A DNA stretch of 64,000 nucleotides from the human T2T-CHM13v2.0 reference genome, Homo sapiens. This document shows, in pieces, positions 54,610 to 64,000 of this stretch. The notes beneath the pieces are model-generated. The model saw only the letters and a program-made list of their open reading frames with translations. It did no database searches and was not told where the DNA came from. A program made the translations under genes and the position numbers. Positions within the stretch are counted from its first letter, which is position 1, and each line of letters begins with the position of its first letter. The stretch lies in assembly GCF_009914755.1 (NCBI RefSeq), contig NC_060938.1, one strand, 5' to 3'.

Positions 54610-55440
54610 GTCCAGTATCATGTTTATCTCTTGCAGTGTAACAAACCACCCCAAAAGTTAGTGGCATAGAACAATAGCCCCATTGTATTATATGCACAGT
54701 TTTGTAGGTTAGGAATTGGGGCAGGGCATGCAAGATAGCTGGTCTCCGATTCACAATGGCTCCACCTCCGCGAGGATGACCTGAACAATAAGAGATGGCT
54801 GGGGCACCTCCCGGAGCTGTGTTACTGGGGCCTTGGTTCTGGCTGCTGGCTGAACTCTTTAATTTGTCTCCATGTTGTGTTTTCTAGACCTGGATTACCC
54901 TAGATGGCATTTGCACTGACATGTCTGATGATTTGATTGGGATAGCTAGCACAGTGGGTCTCTTTGAATATGCACCTCTCCATGTGGCTAGCTTGGGCTA
55001 CCCTTAGAGCAGCATGGTCTTTCCTAGGGGGATTGGACAGCTGACTCTCTCTAGGGCATGGGTGTCCAAACTTTTGGCTTCCCTGGGCCACACTGGAAGA
55101 ATTGTCTTGGGCCACACATGAAATACACTAACACTAATGATAGCTGATGAGCTAAAAAAAAAAAAAAAAAAAAAAAAAGTCCGTGAATAATTTTTGTGAT
55201 ACCCACCACCACAAAGTGTCCTCGCATTCAAAGGGTTGGACACTACTGCTCTAGAGTGAGTATTCCAAGAAGCCTAGGTAGAAACTGCAAGGATTCTTAT
55301 GACTAGGCTTGGAAGTCCCTTCTCCCACATTCCATTGGCCGAGCAAGCCACTAAGTCCAGCCCAGGTGAAAGGGGAGGGGAAATAAACGTCATCTTTCAA
55401 TCAGGAGACGGACAAGGAATGTGCAGCCATCTTTAACCTT
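54610..55440 (-). mobile_element. Old MLT1 (F/G-like) LTR interrupted by MER30
   Basis: tgtaacaaaccaccccaaaagttagtggc...ctctccatgtggctagcttgggct / ...gcaagccactaagtccagccca. Confidence 0.65.
55057..55248 (+). mobile_element. MER30-type hAT-Charlie MITE
   Basis: gggtgtccaaacttttggcttccctgggccacactggaaga...gggttggacac; TSD ctctaggg / ctctagag. Confidence 0.85.
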
Positions 55441-56944
55441 TTAAGCACATCCTGCCTATGAGCCATTATCAAATGTTCTGGGTGGTTTCTCCAAGCCCAC
55501 CTCCACAGGGTTTTAGGACTGTTGTTAACCACAAATCTAACCATGTCACCTCACCTCCACACTAAAAAATATTTGACTATTCCATTGCCTCTGGAGGATG
55601 CTTAAGGATACCCTTGGCATGCACGGCTCAGTACATTCTTCATGGCCTGCCCCCTACTTACCTTTCCACTCCTCTCCTCTTATCCCTGGCTCTCTATCCT
55701 AATTTAATTCCTTGTAATTCCAGAAATCCCCTCTGCTATCTTCCTTCTGGGCCTTTGCATGCATAGCCTGTGCTGCATCCTGCCTTCCTTGACTCTTTCC
55801 TAGGGGCAGCAACTCATCCTTCAAACAAGGCTTCTCCCCAAACCCTCTGCACTTCCACCAGGCACACATTTATCTTATGAGCCTTTTCACTCTTGTTTAC
55901 CCACGTGTCTACCTTCCCTTTAGCCAGGAGCCATATTTTTGCAGGTGTTCTCTTTGCCTAGGAGAGTACATGGGAAGTGGAGTGCATTTTGTCAATGTGA
56001 CTACATGCGCAGATCAATGAATGCTTTGAGAACAGTCAATGGTGTGGCCAAAGAATAGCTTGGCATTGGAATACCCAAATGGAAGCACTGAAGTGTCAGC
56101 AGGAATACTCAATGTAGGAAATAGTTTAAAAATTCCACTTGAGCTTCTGGAATCTTGGAGCCCTGCTCCCTCAAGTGTGCTCTGCCCTCCATCAGTGCTG
56201 TGAAATGGTGCTTGGGAAAAGGTGTTCCATGGTGAAATATGTTTGAGAAGTCTAAGATTAAACAAGATTATATTCCCCCTCTGACCGTAGAAATTAAACA
56301 CAATGATGGGCATTGGAAATCTTGCAGAAAGTGCTGCACGCAATATTTCCTATACTTATTTCACTTTGGAAGTCTGATAGGGCCACTGGTCCATGGTGCA
56401 CTCTCTGGGAAATGCTCTATTACTCCAGCTCTCATTGCCTCTCTGCCCACAGCCCCTTCATGGGATACTCCTGCCTATAGCCCCTGCTAACTTGGCAGTG
56501 GACCAAATTTCCCTGGTCCCCAGCTATTGATAAAGGGTGAGTCAATGACTAAGAAGTGCTGATCATATTCCCTTTTCCATGGCAGGAAACTGAGCTGAAA
56601 GGTCATGTGGAATTCAGGTCGGAGGCAGCCATATTGGTCCATACACAACATGAGTGACAATGACAGTTCTGTGACATATTAAAATGCCTCTTTATATTGA
56701 GGAAATGGAGGCTTAGAGAAGTGAATGAACTGCCCAGGGTAAAGCTAGGATGTCAGGGGTCTCCCTGCTGTTAAGTGTGGGTTTTTTTCCACTACATCTC
56801 TGTTCTCTGTGGGATCTGAATCCCTCAGTTATGAAGGAAGCACACCAAACAGGAACAGGGAAACTGCATTCACCAGGCACCAATATGGATCAGGTTTCTT
56901 AGAAACTGCAACTGACTGATCCCTACAGGAACACTGGATACTGG

Positions 56945-57234
56945 TTTTATTATTATTAATAATAATTTCTGAGACAGAATCTTGCTCTGTCACCCAGGCT
57001 GGAGTGCAACTTTGTCTCCCAAGCTCAAGCCATTCACATGCCTCAGCCTCCCAAGTAGCTGGGACCACAGGCATACGCCACCGCACCCAGCTGATTTTTG
57101 TATTTTCTTTTTAGTCGAGATGGGGTTTCACCATATTGGCTTGCCTGGTCTAGAACTCCTGGCCTCACGTGATCCGCGCCCCCTTCAGCCTCCCACAGTG
57201 CTGGGATTACAAGCATGAGCCACCACGCCCAGCC
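56945..57234 (-). mobile_element. Alu inserted in a MIR
   Basis: Antisense dimer with a small deletion; flanking direct repeat ctggatact. Confidence 0.9.
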
Positions 57235-57895
57235 TGGATACTAGTATTATTGAACCTATTTTACAATGAAGTGACCTAATGGAGGAAACACACTGAGATT
57301 AATGAGGGGAGTTAAACTCAAACTTCATGGCCTTTCTGGATGGCTCAAATGTCTTTGCTTGGAGTGATGTGCTTAAAGCATTTTGTTGCAGCCCATCCAG
57401 AATGCTTTGGTATCTGCATATGGGCACGCAGAAAGCACAGCCCTCTGAAATGTGTCTTACTAACCCACAGGAGACCCGACCCTGCCATGGGATTTGCTTC
57501 TGCAACAGCTGCTTCCAGAAGCAGTCTTCAGGGGAAAAGGATCAATGGCAAAATTGGTAGATCTAGCAAGGCTTTTGCAATAAAAGCTTTTTATGCTTCT
57601 TGTTCAAAGCATTTAAGTGCCTTTTAGATCACAGATTGAACCATCGACATTATAAAGTGGAACCTTTTAATACCAAAATACACTTCCAGAGTAAAATTCC
57701 ATTATGGGAAAAAGCATTTCACGGCACCAGGCTAGATAATAATTCTCTCATGTGTAATAGGAGGTATATGCAATGTTTGATGATAAACAGAGTTTCTCAG
57801 TATTGTAATAAGACAACTCACACTGCAATGTGAGTGTGTGCATATGTGTGTGTTGTATACACATAACAAGCCTCTTCTCATCTCTGGACACCAGT

Positions 57896-57984
57896 TTCTT
57901 TATCTGTAAATAGTGGGAATTGGACTTGACGGGCATTCAGGATTCAACTTCTTTATCTGTAAATAGTGGGAATTGGCTTGACGG
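57896..57984. repeat. Near-tandem duplication of about 37 bp
   Basis: ttctttatctgtaaatagtgggaattgg(a)cttgacgg at 57896 and 57949. Confidence 0.9.
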
Positions 57985-58066
57985 CTTTCTGCTATCAGAT
58001 TTTATGGAAAAGCTACTTTTTCATTCTGGGTTTCCATCTTCTCATCCTTAAAATGAGGGTTTTTTG

Positions 58067-58625
58067 GTATCAATCAGGAAACTTTTAGTTGCAAGTGATA
58101 ACTTAAAGTGGCTTAAGCAAAAAAAGAAAAAATAGGAATATAATTACTCTGGCTTATGTAACTAAAACTAGAGCTTGGGCAAGAGTGTTTGGAGCATGAG
58201 TGTTTGGAGCTTAGGCAAGGTTGCATCTAGACGCTCCAGCAATGTCAGTGTTACCAGGACTCGGTTTACCATACTCAAGCTCCCCTTTACACTGACCTCC
58301 CTGGCTCACATAGTGGGATTCTCACTGCTTGGCAATGCCAGCAGACAGAGAACTTCTTTCTCCAAGTATTTTCAACAAAAGCCTCTGGACTGAATCTCGT
58401 TGGCTCAGATTGGATGGATATCTATTCCTGAACAAATCACAATCTTCAGGGTACAAACTGCTCTGATTGGTTAGGCCTAAGTCACATGCTCACTACAGAG
58501 CCGAAGTGGTCAGCTCTTTTCAACTGCAAGGTAAAAGTTATAGATGATGGTTCCCCACTGGAATGGTGAAGTGCAGGTAATAGAGGAAGGGGGAAACGGT
58601 GTCAGGCAATGGAAACAACCAATGT
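58067..58625 (-). mobile_element. Old MLT1 (K/L-like) LTR
   Basis: ttttagttgcaagtgataact...ggcttaagcaaaaaa...ctctgattggttaggccta. Confidence 0.6.
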
Positions 58626-59569
58626 CTATTTGGAGTTTGAATTAGCTCTAGTGGGCACTGAGGCTTGCCCAAGCTCTAGGAGCTTCAGAATAATACATAT
58701 TTAGTGCTAGAGGCACTTTTGAGATATTAAAGCCACGTTTTTGCTGAAAGTTCAGGAAACTGCCGCTCAGAGGGGAGAAGTGGCTACTCAAACTACTGAA
58801 TCTCAGGTCTCTAACGCTCATTCCATGCTAAAACTCTCCTATCTGAACTGTTCGGTTATGGAGGCCTCCCAGAAAGGGCTGAGCATGGGGAATCTGGCTG
58901 AGACTTTGCTGTTTAAACTTGATTCCATTAATAGCAATCCTTCAACACAGCCAGTTTAGGATCTTTCAATTGACTGATGTCTTCCAAGTTTTCTGATGCG
59001 GAATCAGGATTCCCAGGTCTGATTTCTGATTTGCTATGTACTCCTGCTCCAGTCACTTAACCTCTCTGGGCATCAGTTTCTCAATGTGTGAGTTTACCCT
59101 TATACCAAAGCTCCATCTTAGTGTCTCACCCTATGTGCGTGCCCCTGGGGTTTCTCAGGTTCTAGAAGAAGATGATTTAATATAGTCTTCCACAATCTGG
59201 GTTTCTAGCAAGTCTTGGGTAACCTCTCTCAGGAAGAGACTGTATTTTAACAAATGAGTTTTGAGAATACAGTGGCTCTTTAATAGAAGTGTTTCAGGCA
59301 GTGTGGGACGGCCATATCCCTGGCTTTGGAGAAGATGCACCTGAATTCAAACATTGCACCTCCATGTATGTGACCCTGAGCAGCTGATTTAACCTCTTTG
59401 GGTATGTATTTCCTTCTCTGGAAAGTGGGGACCTTGCAGAGTACTTGTGAGAATAAAACAACACCCAGTACTGGGCTTGGGTCAGAGCAGGCTCCAATTT
59501 GGAGAGAATATGTAGCCGTGGAGGCATGCCCAGCAACACCCGGGGGCAGGGGAAGTTGACTGTCAGGGC

Positions 59570-60023
59570 AGTCTCCACTCTTTTTTTTTTTTTTTTTTTT
59601 TTTGGTTATTTTCTACAAAAATTTAACCAAATAGTCATAATTATGACATAAAATATACCAAGACATATCAACATTTTAGGAATCATATAATTTTGGAACA
59701 CCTGTTAATAATATGCATATATAAGATAACTCAAAGAAGGTTAAACATCATTTCTTTACTACTACAGTTTTTGCTTCCTATTAATACTACACAAACATCT
59801 TTTTCAAAAGAGAAAACCAAATTTTATACGTGTTTCTGTATTCATACTAAACCTAATTTTAATAAAACCTTATAAACAAATTTATCCAATCTCAGTAAGC
59901 TTTGACCACACAAAATTTCCATAAATCTTTTATAACCTCTTATATTTTTCTATTCTCTTTTTATATCTGTTTAGTTTTATCCATGTCATTTTTTTTATTC
60001 CTTCAATTTAGTCTCCACTCTTT
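59570..60023 (-). mobile_element. TPRT-type retrocopy of an ERV1 (MER4-group) internal-like fragment
   Basis: T23 tail 59581-59603; TSD agtctccactcttt at 59570-59583 and 60010-60023; body ctaattttaataaaaccttataaacaaa...gctttgaccacaca resembles MER4-group internal sequence. Confidence 0.75.
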
Positions 60024-60058
60024 ACCTCCGTTAAAGGGAATTACGCAGCAACATCCGC

Positions 60059-60844
<786 letters not shown>

Positions 60845-61465
60845 TCAGTGGCACTGACTCAAACTGCTTTTCTGGCTACAAAAGAATTCTTACCTCTGTC
60901 CTTCTCTCTCCCTCTTTTCCCTCCCTTCATTCATTCTCAGCATGTGCCCTATCTTTATGTTCAGTCTGATTACCCATAGAAATTTTCCCTACTGAGCTGA
61001 TTAATCAAAATACCGAGCCATTCATACTACGCTTAGGAATTCCTGATCATGCTTAAAAATAGTCAGTAACAGATATGTACAAATAAACCCAGCTGTAAAC
61101 GAGAGTGATTATTGGTGATTTAATTCACTCCAGGATCACAAGGGGGTGAAATCATATGGCATGGATGCGTTTTCAATGATATATTTTTGCTACCAGGAGA
61201 GATATTAATACATTATACACGCTCAGGCATTGGTAAATCAGCCATACCAAATGATTCATTTATTCATTCAACAAATATTTCGTGGGTGTGCCAGGGGCTA
61301 GGTGAGCTCTCTGCCCAGGAATCTTCGCCTAGTGCAGAAGACAAACCACCAAATATGCAATTGTATTTGGATATTGAATTTGGTGATGGGTGCTTTAAAG
61401 GAAAAACGCAGGGCACAGAGACAGAGGCAGTGGAGGGCAGTGGCAAGGACATGGGCTATAGGGTC

Positions 61466-61906
61466 TGTCATCCCAAATCACGACCAGAGGGAGGCTTGCT
61501 AAAAGAAAAGCACTTTATTTGGGAACAGAGCATTGGAATGGGGAAATGCATGCTCTGGTAAACTACGTGCATACTCAGGAAGGTAAAGGAAGACAAAGGT
61601 TTTTAAAGAAGAAAAATGAGGAGGATTACACAACTGTTTGGAAATAATTATCCTTGGCTACAAAGATCAATAACAAGGGTGATGCCAATCTGAGGTTAGA
61701 CAGGCAATTGCTGGGAAGATGTCCTTGCAGAAGGATTTTTTCTGCAATGGCCTTTGCGCAAGATTGTGGTTTTTGCAGTCTTTCGTGATAGCTTTTAGTC
61801 AAAGACATACAAGCAAGAGGAACTTCTCTTTATGGCCTTCCCCAGCTGTCTTTGTTAGGATTTCCTTAATATCCATGACTTCATTTTGATTCTGACAACT
61901 TCGACA
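61466..61906 (-). mobile_element. MER65-like ERV1 solo LTR inserted in a MIR
   Basis: Minus strand starts tgtcgaagttgtcagaatcaaaatgaagtca; TG...CA ends; flanks ggtc/ggcc. Confidence 0.75.
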
Positions 61907-62388
61907 GGCCCGACCAGGTGGGTTTGAATCCCAGCCCTAAACTCATTAACTATGTGCCTAAAACAACTACTTGACATCATTGCATCTCTGTTTCTTAGTT
62001 CCTTAGAACTTGGACATAGCCTTTCACCTTCAGTCATGGTCTTTTTGCAGGGTTTCAATGGACAGCCTGAAATGTTTATTAAGCTCCTCTAACTTGGCAG
62101 GACTCAAACCCCAAACTTGGTCTCCCCCAACAGTGGGCAGTTGCTGAAATCTGTGCACTGTTCTTTTAGCCTTCCAATTATTGTTTCCCCCTTGGGCTCC
62201 TTGAAATCTTGTTCATGCATGTGCAATTCACTAATCAGCCTGTGATTTTGGGGTGTATATATGGGGGTTTTAGGGCTGCCCCTCTTGGCTACCGCCATTG
62301 TGGGATGTCTGCCTTCCCTCAGTTTCCAATTGCTCTAGCAGTTCAGAACCCCATCCTCTGACTCCTCAGGGTAATAAAACTGTGGTTT

Positions 62389-62393
<5 letters not shown>

Positions 62394-62426
<33 letters not shown>

Positions 62427-62703
62427 AGATGGAGCCTCACCCTATTGCCCAGGCTGGAGTGCAATGGCGCAATCTCAGCTCACTGCAACCTCTGCCTCCT
62501 GGTTCAAGCTATTCTCTTGCTTGGCCTCCCGAGTAGCTGGGATTACAGGCTCGCACCACCATGCTCGGCTAATTTTTTGTGTCTTTAGTAGAGACAGGGT
62601 TTCACCCTGTTGGCCAGGCTGGTCTCGAATTCCTGGCCTCATGATCCGCCCTCCTCAGCCTCCCAAAGTGCTGGGATTACAGGCGTGAGCCACCGCACCC
62701 AGC
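62394..62703 (-). mobile_element. Alu (AluS-like)
   Basis: Long poly-T followed by an antisense dimer. Confidence 0.93.
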
Positions 62704-62777
62704 TGGTTTTCTTCTTGAGTTCTAGCCACCCTGTGGCATGCAGAGTGGGAAGTGTCCTCAGTAGAAAAGTCAAATAA

Positions 62778-63256
<479 letters not shown>

Positions 63257-63389
63257 TTAGGGTAGCTCATCCGTCCTCATGAATGATCCACTCCCATCTC
63301 CAGCAGGCAACTAGATGTTAATAATTCCTAAGTTTTCATCTCCACCCCCTGATATCCACGTAGATTTGAACATAAAGATCCAAACATAA

Positions 63390-63512
63390 GCTGGGCGCGG
63401 TGGCTGACACCTGTCATCTCAGTTATTTGGGAGGCAGAGGCAGGAGGATCACTTGAGCCTAGGAGTTCGAGACCAGCCTGGGCAATAGAACAAGATTCCA
63501 TCTCTTCAAAAA
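63390..63512 (+). mobile_element. FLAM_C Alu monomer
   Basis: gctgggcgcggtggctgacacctg...ggaggatcacttgagcctaggagttcgagaccagcctgggcaa. Confidence 0.85.
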
Positions 63513-64000
63513 ATTCTAACATAAAGATAGAGAAAAGGGCCTTGAACACTTAGAAATTGGAGCCAAAGAAGAAATGTTAGCATAAGGAGTTTTCGTAGAG
63601 AAAAACAGAAATCAGGACAAAGCAGTGTTATAGAAGCCAAGAGAAAAAAGTACTTGAAGAAGAAGAGAATGGTCAATTGTGCTGAATGTTGAAAGAGCCC
63701 TGGTGAGATAAAAACTGAACAATGGTAATTGTAATTAGTACCACGTGGTCATGGGTGGCCTTATCAAGGATGCTTTTGGTGGTGTGAAGGAGGTAGATGC
63801 TGCGTTAGAGACGGTTAACGTATGGCTGGAGATGAGGAAGTGAAGACAGAGATCCATCCAAAGAGAGAGGCTGGAGCTAAGCAGGTGCCATCCCTGGAGA
63901 GTCAAGAGATGAGGGTAGCAATTTCTCAAATGCACTGAGCTTCTTTCATACTTCCATGCCTTTGCATATGCCCTTCTCCCTGCCAAGAATGCCCTTCCCA

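Overview
Primate, almost certainly human, non-coding genomic DNA (Alu, L1PA, MLT1, MER and MIR content). No cellular protein-coding gene is recognisable. The only ORFs with real protein homology are the two frameshifted pieces of ORF2 in a 5'-truncated L1PA3/4-like element (42405-45400, minus); the rest of the ORF track is Alu-, simple-repeat- or GC-derived noise. A large part of the window is interspersed repeat: about 22 Alu/FLAM/FRAM copies, an unusually dense set of MaLR (MLT1) solo LTRs, hAT MITEs (MER1A, MER3, MER30, MER33, MER63A, ORSL), old L1M/L2/MIR relics and a MER65 LTR. The most function-like part is a repeat-poor block at about 13.2-19.9 kb with AT-rich homeodomain/POU/SOX motif clusters. 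It ends in a CpG island of about 600 bp (about 59 CpGs) carrying a CTCF-like motif and a G-quadruplex motif, and looks like an orphan-CGI or lncRNA promoter in a developmental enhancer landscape. I found no convincing novel coding system. The best second-look candidates are: a near-perfect 36-bp-stem pri-miRNA-like hairpin (53652-53762); a poly(A)-tailed, TSD-flanked retrocopy of ERV internal sequence with no LTR (59570-60023); an L1/MER1A/Alu deletion junction; a micro-inversion in an Alu head; a remote 24-bp doublet; and a 700-nt AG-free pyrimidine tract ending in a splice acceptor. Repeat subfamilies are called by eye from remembered consensus and their boundaries are approximate. I could not determine the genomic locus without BLAT.
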